Shown: positions 25,028 to 38,920, counted from the stretch's first letter. The stretch is DNA of 64,000 bases from Callorhinchus milii (GCF_018977255.1 NW_024704743.1:41914001-41978000); one strand, 5' to 3'. Translations and numbers: made by a program. Notes: generated by a model not told the origin, from the sequence alone.

Positions 25028-26500
25028 CTGTTTCGCTAATCCTCAGGAAGATGCTAAAGATTCTGTGCCATTTTTCGGAGAGCAGGCAGTTTTTACTGGT
25101 CTTGGCTAGTGATCCTCCAGATTAATTGTTCATTCATTTTATGGCTGTTTGTGGGATGTTGATGATGAAAATAGCTGATATATTCACCTACAAATGCAGT
25201 CACTACACTTGACAGTAATTACCTGTATAATCCTTTGAGACATTTGAGTATGATGAGACACTATTAATATTCCAAGCTCTTTCTCTCTATCAGCTAGTAA
25301 AAACCTACTAGACCCAGTATATCCCCATCTTTGCTAAGGTTGCCATATGTAAACATGCCACTGACTCATGCAGTTGTGATGATTGGAATTCAAACAATTT
25401 GTTCCCAGAACAAATCAAGACAAGCCATGCAGTGGGATCCTTTCCTGGAAGTCTAACAATACTGCTCCGCAAACTGTCCGATCATCTGCCAGTCAAGTTG
25501 TTGAGGAAAGCCTTCAACAAGACAACCTATATACAAGGATGCTGAGCCAGGCAGACTCCAATGTGATGATCCTTTAACTTGCAAAGTGAGGGCCTTTTAG
25601 AATAAAATTTAAATAATGCATGGAAGCAGAAGCATTAGTAGCAAACAGGAGCCCTGTGTGTAGATCCATCGACACTTCCCCTGGGTATATTCTGTAACTG
25701 TACAGGTATATGGCACAATAATACAATCTAGTACCACACTAACCTTTGGTAACAATATTTAAATCAGCTGGATCCAGACTGCTGTTGAGAAGAAAGTGAG
25801 AATAAGAGACAAGAGAAAGTGAGAATAAGAGACCCGATCTGAAATGCAATGCCTTCGAAAATGCAGAATTCCGCCAGATTTCAAGATTGAAAATATAACA
25901 AGGGCACCAAAGATAGAGAATCAAATAGATACAGAGAAATAATGAAAGAGAGAAGCATGGGTGCTGGACGTAGAATCTGCTGCTGTGGTGATATGTGCAG
26001 GGTCAAAGGTGCCCACCATCTGTAGCTTCAGAGAGCCATCACATTTGTTTTATATGGGATGCAGGATATTCTTTTCACATCCCTGAGGCTATCTAACCAT
26101 GACAGGGTGGGTGAGTGATTTGTTTTATTTATTTCCTTTTGCATCTTCCCCAACCTGCTCTCTGAGTCCATCTTCCAAACTTCTTGTGAACTTGTTTGGT
26201 TCTGTGTTTTGTTCTACAGGCTGTTCAATACCTGCTCAGAAGCTAGTCAAGGCAGAGTGTTTATAGAGTCAATGTAGAAATGGGTGGGTTTCATGGGTGT
26301 AGCTGTTTGTCCTTGTCGTGTTGTATCTACAGGTAGATACAGACAGGTGGAATTGTAGCTACCGCTAATTTGCTAGCTGTCCATTCAACTCACTCTTGGG
26401 ACTGGAAATGAGCTCAGAAAGTTTTAGGAAAGTCAGGAAATGTCACAAAAAAAATGTAATAACTTTTTCTTAGGATTAAGGATCAATGCTCAGCCATCTA

Positions 26501-26860
26501 AAACAACAACAACAAAATTACATTTCTACAGCGCCTTTCACATCGAGAGCATGTCCCAAGGTGCTGGATGGACAGAGTTATGGACCTGAGCTGGGGGTTG
26601 GGGTTGGGAAGGGTGGAGGCCAGGCGTGGGGGAAGCAGGGAGATCAAAAGCACGGTCGAAGAGGAGGGTCTTGAGGTGGGTCTTGAAGGTGACGATGGAG
26701 AGGGCGAGATGGAGGGACTGTAGGATGGAGTTCCAGATGGTGGATGTGGAGTGGCGGAAAGCCTGCCCGCCAATAGTGGCGTGACCAAGGTCGGTGACGT
26801 GAAGCAGGCCAGAGCCCGCTGAGCAGAGGAAATGAACAGGGTGGTAGCGAGTTAGGAGCA
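26501..26860 (-). mobile_element. L2 LINE 3' fragment
   Basis: Reverse ORF contains TIGGQAFRHSTSTIWNS..FKTHLKTLLF; (aac)n tail. Confidence 0.92.
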
Positions 26861-26974
26861 AGAATAGTGAGTTTGAACCTATCCCTCTAAAGCAATAGTG
26901 GTCTGCTCTTCTTAAACAGCAAGACTCCAGTGCAAGAAGTTTAAAATCCACAGGAAAACAGTGATCTCTCACCA

Positions 26975-27200
26975 TTCATGACTTTCTGAGTTGAGACTTC
27001 ATTGGCTGGACAAACCTTGCCTGTTCAGATGGATGTTAAAGATCACATGGTACAGTTCGGATGAGAATTTCTTCCGGCTTTGTGATCTACAACCCCACAA
27101 TATTAAAAAGGGCATTCACTTCATAGCTTTTTGTAAGACATTGCTGTGTGCAAATTGGCTGCCGCATTCGCCCACAAAACACACAGTGACTGCACTTTAA
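26975..27200 (+). mobile_element. Old DeuSINE-like 3' part
   Basis: gcctgttcagatggatgttaaagatc..gctgtgtgcaaattggctgccgc. Confidence 0.75.
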
Positions 27201-27339
27201 AGACTTGAGTCCAATGCTATAAACCAAAATCCCAGAATAAATTGGTGAGGTAATATTGTCCATAAAACAATTAAAACAATCCAGGGAAAAATCAGTGTGC
27301 GATTAATCTGTATTTTGAAGGTTCACCTTTGGGTACATA

Positions 27340-28583
27340 AGTCACAAATGACATCCTCTCTATCTGTGACCAGGGCTCCCTCTGCCTCCTTGTCCTCCTG
27401 GACCTCTCCACCACGTTCGACACAGTCGATCACGCCATCCTCCTCCACCGCCTTTTCTCCATCATCCAACTCAGTGGGACCGTACTCGCCTGGTTCAACT
27501 CATACCTCACGAAACACCAGCAGTACATCTGCACAAATGGCTTCTCCTCCCACTCTCACCCGGTCACCAGCGAAGTACCCAGGGATCCATCTTTGGCCCC
27601 CTCCTCTTTCTGATCTACATGCTCCCTCTTGGGGATGTCATCCGCAGACATGGGGTACACTTCCACATGTATGCGGACGACACCCAACTCTATTTTTACA
27701 CCTCACTTTGCCTGCTGTCAGATCTCAGGGACTGGATGAGTGCAAATTTCCTTCAGCTGAACGTTGAAAAGACAGAAGCCATACTCTTTGGCTTTTGTCA
27801 ATGTCTAAATTCTCACGGTTCTCACCTCCTCCACCTTCCCGTCCTCCCCCTAAAACTCTCCGAACCCATACACAACCTAGGTGTCAGGTTTGACACCCAA
27901 TTATCCTTCCTCCCCCACATCCGGTCCTTCACCGGCACCTCTTTCTTCCACCTCCGACACATCGCCGTCTCCGCCAATACCTCTCTCCAAAAGCTGCTGA
28001 AACCCCGGTCCATGCCTTTGTCACCTCTCAGCTGGACTATTCTAATGCCCTCCTCGCCGGTCTCTCCTCCACTACCATCCATAAAATCCAGGTCATCCAA
28101 AACTCTGCCGCTCACATTCTCACCCGCACCAGCTCCATTCCCCGATCACCCCAGTCCTTGCCAGACTGCATTGGCTGCCTGCCCCAGAGAGGATCGACTT
28201 CAAGATCCTCACCCTTGTCTTAAAATCATACCACTCCTCTGCAGCCCCTCTACCTCTCTGATCTCCTCTCTCCTCAAAACACTGCCCGTTGTCTTCGTTC
28301 CACCAGGTCTGGCCTCCTCCTTGTCCCCGAGTCCTCCACTCCATCCTCGGCGGCCGTGCCTTTGGCCACTATGATCCGACGCTCTGGAAGTACCCTTCCT
28401 CACTCCCTTCATCTTGCCCCTTCTCTTCTTATTTCAGGTCTCAGCTGAAGACCTTCCTTTTTGACCGCGCCTTAGGTCACCTTCCTCCCCTTCTCCCTGG
28501 CTTGCCCCCGGGATCCATTACTGTGAAGCGCTCTGAGATGCCGTCCGACGTGAAGGGTGCTATATAAATCCAAGTTGTTGTTG
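27340..28583 (+). mobile_element. L2 LINE, 5'-truncated, RT domain to 3' tail (frameshifted)
   Basis: [51 protein letters not shown]; 3' stem-loop and (gtt)n tail. Confidence 0.96.
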
Positions 28584-29324
28584 TATAAGATAAGATTAAA
28601 ATCAACTTTTGTATTATAGCACAACTAACTCCTCACAAATGTGTCTGTTTACATGCATAGATATTTGGATGTTCTCTTATTATCTCCAAATAATGGTAAC
28701 CCAGGGGATCAGATAGGTATATCACTTGGACACTTGATAAGAATTATTATTATTCCATTGAAACAGATACTGTACAATTCTTTTCAGGCCTGATCACAAT
28801 TGACAGCATTTTCTTGTGGTCATAGGTGTCTATCTTTATCAATCATTCTCTTACATCTGCTTTCATTCAGGAGGATATAGTATCAGCCGTTGACAATGTT
28901 ACTTCTATCCTCAAATGGATAAGCAGAGCAAAACTGGTGACTTTCGGTTTATAGATTTTACTTTGAAAACTGCATTCAGCATCCTGTCCACAAACGTCTT
29001 AGAAGAATGATGAGACAGAGAGTTTGATAGAAATCTGACAGGTGAGTTTAATGGGTGCTTTCACTCTTTAATCATTTCCGCCAAAAGATACTGTTGTTAT
29101 AGCTACAGTTACCATCAAAATGTGTCACTATTCACTTCAAACAGCTCAGTCTGTGAATGTTGGACGAGAGTGTGTCATTGCAGACAGTAAACTATACAAC
29201 GGAAAACACGTATTTTTTCATACTTTTGTAAAGATCTTTACTGTGTATTTAAACCTCTATAAGTGCAAAATAATTTGTCTGATTATTGGTTAGTAGAATC
29301 ATATGTGTTGTGTGTCTGCAGACT

Positions 29325-29716
29325 GCCTGGCGCAGTGATCACACTCTCACCTTTTAGTCAGAAGGTTATGGGTTCAAGCCCCATGTCAGGTCTTGGAATC
29401 ACATGACTAAGATGACACTCCAATGCAGTACTGGTGGTGTATTGCATTGTCGAAGGTGCCATCCTTCAGATGAGATGTTAAACCGAGGTCCTGTTTGCCT
29501 GTTCAGTTGAACATTAAAGATCTCATGGCACAATTTGAAAAGAGAATGGAATATCTCCTGTTGTCTTGGCCAACAATCCCCCAAATACAATTGGTAACTC
29601 ACTCCATGGTTGTTTGTAGGTCACTGCTATATGCAAATTGGTTGCCGTGTAGCCCACAAAATATACAGTCAATCCACTTTACAGTATATCCTGTGAAACA
29701 CTTTGAGACGTCATGA
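29325..29716 (+). mobile_element. Old DeuSINE-like element, near full length
   Basis: gtcagaaggttatgggttcaagcccc..gaaggtgccatccttcagatgagatgttaaaccgagg..caaattggttgccg. Confidence 0.85.
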
Positions 29717-29724
29717 CAACATAA

Positions 29725-30110
29725 AATTGAGAACAAATCTATGGAAACACTATTTCAGTGAGCAAATAATATACCTGTGGGACAGGCTCCCTAGGGTTGA
29801 AGCAGGTGATGTTGATTCCTTCAAACACAGATTAGATTTCTTTTCACAGTTTTTTATTTTAGCCACCCTTCCTGCCCTCCACCCTCCCCGATCGGTCCAA
29901 ATCCTTGATGGTCCAGGACCTTGGGACATCTTCCCGACATAAAAGGCACAATCCAAATGTACATTTGTATTGTATTGTTTTGTATGGGATAAAGTACATA
30001 GGTAGTTTGGGACATATATGCATGCGACCGCCAGAAAGGTGGTAGGCAAACTAGATGGATCTTGGTCTTTCTTTTGTCTAGCATTTCTTATTCTCTTATG
30101 TTCTTATGAT
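29725..30110 (+). mobile_element. CR1 3' end interrupted by an L2 3' tail (~29860-29975)
   Basis: KHYFSEQIIYLWDRLP-like frame and 3'UTR ending tttcttattctcttatgttcttatg; insert ccttgggacatcttcccgacat.. Confidence 0.7.
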
Positions 30111-30619
30111 AAATATCACATCACACATTGCATATCTCACGCCAATGTTATAAACGTTTTCATTTAATAAATGTAGCCACACAATTGCCACTCAATCTCC
30201 CTGATGATAGGACAACTTACAATACTTAAAACGTTGTTATCAGTTAACAGAGCTACAAGCCACAAATTGCAGGGCTGTATGATGCTGCAGTGTGTAATGT
30301 ACCAAATTTAGTGTGAAACTACAAAACTGTTTCAAACTGAAGTTAAAATGTCAAACACAAAAAAAAAATTTGTGACTCTTTCACACCAAATCTGCTAGCA
30401 GCAAAGATGGTTAAGTATTTGACTGCACTATACAATCCATTAAAATTACAGTCACAGATTAGTGACAGATACAAGGCACAACAGTTTTGAGTCTGGGTAG
30501 GAATAAACCCCCCAAAAATTGAATGCTGGAAAATTACAATAAAACCAGGAAATGGTAGGAATGTTATGGGTTTTCCATAGATTAATATTAGACTGTAAAG
30601 TCATCCTGCATCATGTTCC

Positions 30620-31078
30620 ATGTTTATTACCCTGTCCTGCCCAGCACCAGTGGCTCTCCATCCCCCAAAAAATTGAGTTTAAGAACCTAATATTAACCTA
30701 TAAATCCCTCTTTGGTTTCACCCCACCTTTACCTCTGCACTCTCTCAAACCCTATCAACCCAGTCACTCCGTCTCCTTAACTGTGCCTGTGCCATGTTCC
30801 CTGCCCTATCCACCCCATCATCAGTGGCCGGGATTTCAGCCTATCTGCCATCACTTTCTGGAACTCCATCCCAGAGTCCCTTCAACTTGACCCTTCCTTC
30901 ACCTCTTTGAAGGTCTTCCTCAAGGCTTTCCTCTTTTACCACACTTTCAGCCATCTTACCCCTCTATCCCCATGCCCTTGATCCCCCACTGCCAGCTTCA
31001 GTGCAAACTTTAGACTGTCCAGCATTTTCAGACATCCTCCCAAGAGAAAGGCACTATATAAATGTAAATTTGTGTTGT
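30620..31078 (+). mobile_element. L2 LINE 3' fragment
   Basis: HQWLSIPQKIEFKNLILTYKSL motif; L2-type tail. Confidence 0.85.
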
Positions 31079-31914
31079 ATGGTATTTGTTATCCAATGAT
31101 AAACAATTTATTAAAAAGTCATGCATGCCTGCATTCCAAAATATGGAGCTCAAAAAGGCGAACCGTTTCAAAGTTAAAAATATTTAAAAGTGCAGAAGAG
31201 ACAGGGAACATAGGTAGAAAATAAAGCTCAGGTACCCAATCAGCTGTGTGAAGCCCTATTACAATGTGAAAAGAGTTATATAAATATAAATTGTTGTTTT
31301 TAAAAATTTAGGTTTAGAAAAGAGGTGAGAATACAGTAAAATGAAAAAGAACCAGTATTTGAAATATTTTGGTTTTGAATTTGCATTTTGTTGGTAAAAA
31401 ATAAAATGTGACATTAGATGTCATAATTTTCACTGTAATTGATGATAATTGTAAGAATGGACAAAAAGTGAGATCCACAGTGTGAAGTGCTTTGGGATGG
31501 CTTCCCGATGTGAAATTTGCTCTATAAATATTGCTATTGTTAACTTTTGACATGTTTGGGAGTGAATGGCTTAATGGTTTAATGATTGCACCCAAAGGTG
31601 TTTGAAACCATTGATCGCATTGTTGTTCTCACGTTGGCCATTATCACATCTGTAACAAAGAATATTGCATTTTCACTCCAAATATTACAGCTGTGAAGCT
31701 ATCCTGATATCTGAATGGCTTTGTAACTGTAACATTCTTGTGGTGTCAGTATCAACATCCTTGAGCTAAAAAAATGTTAGAACCAGTCAGAGACAGGGGT
31801 TAAATAGAATCCAAAATGAAATATCCCACACATTCACATAAAGCATCACTCCAATGATACAACAACAGGAAAATACATTTTTAATAATTTTAATCAGATA
31901 AGTTGGTTATTCAG

Positions 31915-32055
31915 GCCATTGCTGTTTGTGGGACATAGCTGTGCACAAATTGGCTGCTATGGTCACCTACAAATACACAGTCACTACCTTTTACAGTTAC
32001 AGTGAAGCCCTTTGAGACATTGCAGCGAAGTGATAAGGCGCTATATCAAATGCAC
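31915..32055 (+). mobile_element. Deu-type SINE 3' fragment
   Basis: gctgtttgtgggaca..caaattggctgc..gataaggcgctatatcaaatgca. Confidence 0.8.
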
Positions 32056-32599
32056 TGATTTTTATAAAATTTGTGTTTCAAACTTTTTCTGATTACATGT
32101 GTTTCAAATACTTGCAAGTTTATAGACATAATGGAATAAAACGGTCTGTTTACACGTGTGCTGATCTCAGAATGTGTCCATCTGGAAAATAAAATGCTTC
32201 TTACCCATTGATAGCTGTTGAAAATAACAAATGGATACCCAGATGGCAGAATGATTAGATGCATTTAGTGTGCCATGCAAAGAGACAAGTTAACAAATCT
32301 AACACAGCTGTAAAACGATCAACTGCTATCTATCCAGATATTGATAATGTTGTGTGGGTAATTACATAGAGACCTGTGATTTTAATTAAATATATTTTTA
32401 AAAAGTACTGACTGATATTAATTGGTGGTGTTCGCATGATTATTAGAGATGTCATGATAGCCAAGAGGAAGATTAATGACCCTAATTTCAGGCTTAAGAA
32501 TAAACGAACAGTTTAAATTTCATCACTGTGTTTTAAAGTATACTCTACCAAATCTGGATGATAGGCAGGTAACCAATTTGGGGTTTGAAATGATTCATC

Positions 32600-32830
32600 A
32601 ATTCTTAGGATTAAAGTTTAGTTTTAAAATTTCAAAGCCCATGAAAGCAGTCTTAAATCCAATATTATTTTTTGGAAGTTGATTTTCTCCAGTTTTTCCT
32701 TAGAGGGAGAGGGTGACTGTGGAAAACTGCTTTTCAAAGTATTGTTCTTATTGATAATAATTAAAATGATAATAATAAATCAATTAATCAATACATTAAG
32801 ACTGAATTTAAGTCCGCTTTCCATATTTCA
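32600..32830. mobile_element. AT-rich palindromic element, degenerate
   Basis: ttttggaagttgattttct..gtggaaaactgcttttcaaa..ttaagactgaatttaa motifs shared with 6044, 13378, 49961, 55700. Confidence 0.45.
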
Positions 32831-33124
32831 AAACTTTTCACACTCTACTTAAACCATGTCATAAATTTTAAGGCAAGAACCTTGAAGTTAAGTTTGAGAG
32901 GAATGTTTAGGTTTCTGTGTAGAAAATGGCAACAGCTTAACCTCCTGCCATGAGTTGTAGGCACTCAAACATCATGGAAGCAATGACATTCGATGGTACT
33001 TTTAATGGGTTTCTTTTAGCTGTGTAATACTAAGGAAAGATTCAGCACATTTATTTTGTGCTATGTAGCAGGTAAACAAATGGTACAAGGTATTGTGTTA
33101 AATACATATGCTGTACATTGCAGC

Positions 33125-33350
33125 ATATGAACAGGCCATTTCATCCAACAGGTCTGTGCTGGTGTTTATACTCCACAAGAGGCTCCCCCTCTGCTGATCC
33201 CCTCTCCTATACCATTCAAATCCCTTGTCCCTCAAATACACATCAAGTTTCTGCTTAAATACATATTTTCTTCAACCAGTTTCTGGGGGAGTTCCATATT
33301 CTCAAAAGTGCTCTTTTTGATCTGCTACTGGCCATTTTATATTCATTTGT
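33125..33350 (-). mobile_element. CR1 3' fragment
   Basis: aacaggccatttcatccaacaggtctgtgctgg..gagttccatattctca typical of a reversed CR1 3' end. Confidence 0.6.
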
Positions 33351-34080
33351 AACAGATTTGATTTGAATAATACAATACTAATTGACATTTATATAACGCA
33401 TTTCATGTCGGAAGTATTTCCCAAAGTGCTTAAAGATTAGATTGAATCTGTTATGAGACGTTGCTTATTTCCATCCATTCCTAAAGAAAGGCTGTGGAAT
33501 TCCACCCACACTCTACCCCTTCTCCAATTTACAAACACATTATTCTCAATCTGAAATATTTAAGAATGTACAACTATTTAGAAAATGTAATCATAATTCT
33601 AAAGCCATCTCCCACAACTCTTTCTGCCTCTCCCACCTCGGGGGAAAAAAACATTACCATCTTGCTTTCCACTTATCCCTAGACTCCAGCTTATTTTGGA
33701 TTCTGGAGACAGCATTTAAGCACTGTTTCCCTGGATGCTGATTAAGATAATATTTCGCAACAAGTCAGAACAGAACAGCCTATTTATGGAAATCGTATCA
33801 AACCCTTTTATAGTCTCTTTAGTGATAAAAAAATAAACCTATGATGTATCATCTGGCACAAGGTAGACAAGCTTCTATAAACATGCATTAGAGAAGTCAG
33901 TGCTATTTATCAAGCACTGCAAATGTTGTAGGTGCAAAATATAACACAGATTCCATAACTTATTTATTTGTATTCTGAGAAAATGCCCTAGATTAGCGAT
34001 ACAAAAAATAGAAGATCAATAGAGACTTGCACTTCCCTACACCTGCAAATGGACATACTTTATTTTGCACTCTTTAATAT

Positions 34081-34334
34081 TAATAATAATCCTTGCATTT
34101 GATATTGTGCCTCATCATGTTATTGAGACAAAGCACATCACAGAATATATTATAAAGTGAATTGATTGTGTATTTTTGTGGGCGAAACGCGGCCACAATT
34201 GCAGTGTCCCATAAACAGTTGTGGATTGAGTTTTTTTTCGAGGGATTATTAACCGCCAATTAACTAACAACCGGGTTCCTACTTACTGCTAGATAAACAG
34301 AAATATGTGGAGTAAGGAAACTTGCTGAAGGTTT
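34081..34334 (-). mobile_element. Young SINE (insert subfamily), 5'-truncated
   Basis: Tail and core match; contains ccaattaactaacaaccgggttcctacttactgctag insert. Confidence 0.9.
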
Positions 34335-34619
34335 ATACTTTTATGGCAGTTTTTTATTTTACTTTACCTTATTTTCCCCCTTTTCCTGTGTAATTTAGTA
34401 TGATTTCAGAATAAATAATGTATTGGCATCTTGGAAAATATTATGAATATTCACCCTGGGTTTTACCACCATAAATAACCTTAATAACCACTGCAGGACA
34501 ATTCAACCCTGTTCTTTTCTCAAACTAGAGATTATACAATTTAAACAGTTCAACGGCTGTGTTTCTGGAAACATGTTTGGCAGATTTTGCTGAACAGTGT
34601 AGAGTAGACAAAGGTATTC

Positions 34620-35320
34620 ACTTTCAGGAATCTGACATGCAAAAAAATAGAAAAAAAGATGGAGACATTAGAAAAATTCAAACTGCAATAAAATCTGTCT
34701 CCATGGATTGTAGGAACATAGAAATAGGAGTATTCAGCCTTGAAAAGAGATGTCTCAGTGGAGATGTTATAGTGGCATAGAAGATGCTACATGTGACAGA
34801 GAAAGTAAACACAGAATACTTTCAGATATATCAAAGCATCTGAACAAAAGGACTCAGGTTAAGAGTAATTTTAGGATAGACATACCAGTCAGTATTTGTT
34901 CATACAGAAGGTATTTAACAAATAAAACAGGTTACTGGGGAGGCAGTTGTAGGCACACCACTGGGCTATTTTAAGCAACCGCTTGACTCTGTAATGGAAG
35001 ATGGTGGGGTGAGATTTCTGAAAGGATGAGATCAAATGCGCCAAAGGGCCTTCTTCACAGGAACCATTTTTACAATCTTATGATTTATCAATTTGGCCCA
35101 TCAAGTCTGCTCTGCCATGATGTCTAGACCAAATCTTTATTTCCATTGCCTACCATTTCTCCATATTCCTTAATATCCTTATTTAAACAAGTCTTTGTTT
35201 AACTCTCTCTGGAACATATCAATCAACTCTGTATCTGTAGCCTTCTGAGACAACCTGTTGCATATTATCATAATCCTTTGTATTGACTTCAACAAAGATA
35301 AGATTTTCTGAATATATGTC
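34620..35320. mobile_element. Two tail-to-tail CR1 3' fragments (+ ~34620-35085, - ~35090-35320)
   Basis: GVFSLEKRCLSGDVI motif on +; reversed CR1 3'UTR beyond 35090. Confidence 0.65.
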
Positions 35321-37479
35321 ACAAGAATAGACTGCTACTAAGAAATGGCAGGTTTCTAAAGGGAAGCTAACTGTTTCAATCTGTTCTAAAGAAGGCAACC
35401 ATATTTGATCAAGCAACATGCCATAACAACAATTTAAACTGAAATATTTGTGAAGAGTTTCACCTGTAGCATTTTAGGTTCTTTATAGATCAAGATTTTC
35501 ACATATATACAAAACATGGTGGTGCCACGCCTATTCCACGATAGAACACTTCATCATATTGGATTTTGATTAAAAAATTAGCATTTTGGCAATGCTATTG
35601 AGTGAATAAGTCATTGAAGCAGTATTTTAAAAGCTCCCTCCCACCCCCACCCATAACTGGTCAGTTGTGAAAATCTTTGAGGTATCTTCAACATTAATGT
35701 AAGTTGTTGTTCTTGTAATTCACAACCAACAAAATATTTACACATTGTTTTCAATTATCACACAATAGGCCCCAGGAAGGACTGTGAACTGGATGTTTAG
35801 ATCCATCCTTCTTTATAGTTGATTGATAGTGTCTTTAGAAATCATCACGACATGTTAACTCATTCTGGCAAGTGTGACGTTTGGACGACATCTGTTCCCT
35901 TCCTAACAATTCTTCAGGAAAAAATGTAAATAACCTTAATAAATCCAGTCTGAACAATATTAGTCCAACTCGTATTGACTCAACTGAATTGATTGGGTTC
36001 TCCTTTGAGGGATCATAATGACACGACATTTTGAATACAAGATACCCAGCCAACCTTTGTGATACATATCCATAAATCTTCTGAGCTTGCACTTCAGATA
36101 CAATAAATGGAGCATCAAATACTAAGAAGCTGGTTCTCTGCACATTTACCAAACTCGGCACGTGAATGCAACTTATTCTCGGCTGTTCCTTTTATAAGCT
36201 CCTACAGCCAAGGGATTTATGTGATCAGAGAATCATCTCCAAGCAATCCATCCGAGCCGTTTAAGACAAGTCAGTCAAAACTTCAAGCCACACAAGCTGA
36301 ACATTGTGAATAGCTTGGATTTAAGACTACCTGTATATCGATTTTCAGGACCCCGAGGGAGAAATCAGCAAATCAAAGTCAGGATGAACTCTGGCATTCG
36401 TCCATTAAGGCCCTCCATCTGTGTAAAACCTCCAATAACAACATAAAAGTCTCATCACTGCACTTTAGAATCTTTTCTAGAATAAAAACACAAACCGTTA
36501 AATTAATCTTGCTGTTAAGTGTAGCAGCTTTGACCTCAATGTTTGACTATAATGGAATATTGTGGTGGCAAGAGCTACTCACATCCAAAATCTCTGTTAA
36601 AACCAATTGACACACATCTCCCTGGCCAGCCCTTGTGCTATATGAGCAGTGATGTGACACAAACAGACATATGAAGCTGTAGCTAAGTACGGCGGTCACA
36701 AATTATCACCTCTCCCTAGTTCCGCTAAGAAGCAAATAGCTTGAAATTAGCCTGTTGGCATCTTATTGTGTGAGACATTGGTTAGCGTCTCAGGAAGCAA
36801 CAGACAAACAGTTACACCAAAGAGCACTTGTCTTTAATTATAATCAGGATGTGCCTTTGATATTTACGCAGTGTTACATGAATGTAATTTCTGGAGACTG
36901 TTCAGATATGAAAGTAGGAGCAGTGAGGTTCATCTTAAAATCTGAAAGACAGCTGCTATCAAGGATTTATAGCAGGCTGCAGCCAATCAGATTTCCATAG
37001 ATAGAAACATCAGGAAACTGGGTACTGTTAACTGTACTGATGAAATAAAACACAAATATATGTGCAGAAAAACTGAACATTGTAAATAAAATAAGAACGC
37101 TTTGATTACAACTAGGTACACATCTCAGAATATTCACTCTGAAATCTCAGTTTTGTCCAGGGAGCTGAACAGTGCTTTTTTTTAAGCTTTACAATCTAAT
37201 TTAAAATTCACTCAAAATGATTCAAAGAAAATGCAGAATAAAAACGACTAAAAAACGACCTCTAAATTAATATTTTTACAAGACAACACAAGAATGTTGC
37301 ATTCAGTGCACTTTGCTGACAGTGAGGATAACAATTTGTTAGAATCATAGAATTTTACATTACAGAAGGAATCCATTCAGCCCATCGTGCATGTGCTGCC
37401 CCACAAAAAGAGCTATCCATTCAATCATATTCTCTCTGTATGCAGGATTGTTTCCTAATGAGTATGATTCAACTTGGTT

Positions 37480-38920
37480 CTTGGTTCATTTTATTCTGGG
37501 AAATGAAACGGGGCAAATGAGTAACGTGAGAGTGGACGAGCATCCAGGAAACAGTGACCATAACATTATCAGGTTAATGCAAAAATTGAAAAGGAGGAGA
37601 AACAGTAAAACGCAAAGGTACCCAACTAGGATAAGGCAAATTTCAAAGAGATGAGTAAAGAACCAGCACGGATACATTGGGTAGCAAGGCTGGCAGATAA
37701 GACAATAGATAAGCAGTGGGAAACTTTCAAACCAGATAAGCACAATACCAAATAGGCATATACATTTAAACTCCAGCTGGGCGGTTCATTATGGGAGCAA
37801 GGAAAGCCAGCCCAGCAAGCTGGAATTTCGAGTGTATTCGCAATGCCGGTACCATTTGCCGGCTAATCTAATGTAACACATTAATTTAAAAAGGGAGAAC
37901 AGGACTAGCTGAGTAATTATACATCAGTCAGGGATATGTCCACAGTGGACAAACTTTTAGAGGCTATAATAAAGGATAATATTAATAACCACTTGGAAAG
38001 ACATGGATTGATTAAAGACAGTCAGTCAGTATGGATTTGTTAAAGGCAAGTCTTGCTTGACAAATCAAATAAGAGGTTTTAATGAGAGATGAAGGTAATG
38101 CTATGATGTGGTATATGGATTTTCAGAAAGCTTTTGGTAAGATGCTGAATAGGAGATGTGTTAAAAAGAATTATGGCACATGGTATTAATGGAAAGGTTG
38201 CTGCATGGCTAGAAAGTTGGTTAAAGGATAGGAAATAACGGTGAAGATATGTAAATAGTTGTGTTCCTCAGGGGTCAGTGTTAGAACCACTGCTTCTCTC
38301 CATTTATATAATTGATCTGGATTCTGGTATAAGGGGCAGAATTACACAAGTTTACAGATGACACAAAAACAGGGAGTGTAACTAACAATGAAGAAGATTG
38401 TAAGCAACTTCAGGGGAGGCATAGACAGAATAGTTCATTGGACAGAGAAATGAAAAATGAAATTTAATGCAGAAAAAGATAAATTCTTCAAGGTGGGAAG
38501 GCAGTGGAAAACACTGTCAAAAAGCTAATGGAATCTTAGGTTTTATTTAGGGTATAGAGTATAAAAACAGAGATAATGCTAATCATATATAAATTGATAG
38601 TTAAACCACAGTTAGAAAAAATATTAGTAAAAGCTGGGCCTTTTCTCCATGGAACAAAGATTGAGGGGTGATCTGAAAGCAGTCTTATGAGGGTTTTTTT
38701 TAAAGTCAATAAGGGGAAATTATTTCCACTGGTTGGTGAATGGCAACAAGAGGCCACCAATTTAAGATAGTAAACAATCAGATGGGTAGATTAGGGGAAA
38801 TGTTTTCACTCACAGGGTAGTTAGGATATGGAATGCCAAGCCGGGAGTGGTCGTTGAGAGGAAATTTGACAGTTCTTTAAAAAGAGTCAGCTTCAGGGCT
38901 AAGGGGAAAGGGCAGGTAGA
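37480..38920 (+). mobile_element. CR1 LINE ORF2 remnant (APE end, RT, 3' end), multiply disrupted
   Basis: ILGNE..GNSDHNII, YGFVKGKSCLTN, DFQKAF, VPQGSVLEPLL, KFTDDTK, MKFNAEK motifs. Confidence 0.93.

Larger units (their letters stand above)
24533..25270 (+). mobile_element. Old DeuSINE-like element split by a Penelope-like insertion
   Basis: Head ttcagttggtatcacgc..gaggttatgggtt; resumes after 25041 with gatgctaaagattc..ggctgtttgtggga. Confidence 0.8.

Noticed and set aside
27619..28374. 251-aa RT ORF as an active or novel reverse transcriptase system
   Set aside because: Ordinary 5'-truncated, frameshifted L2 RT (YADD motif)
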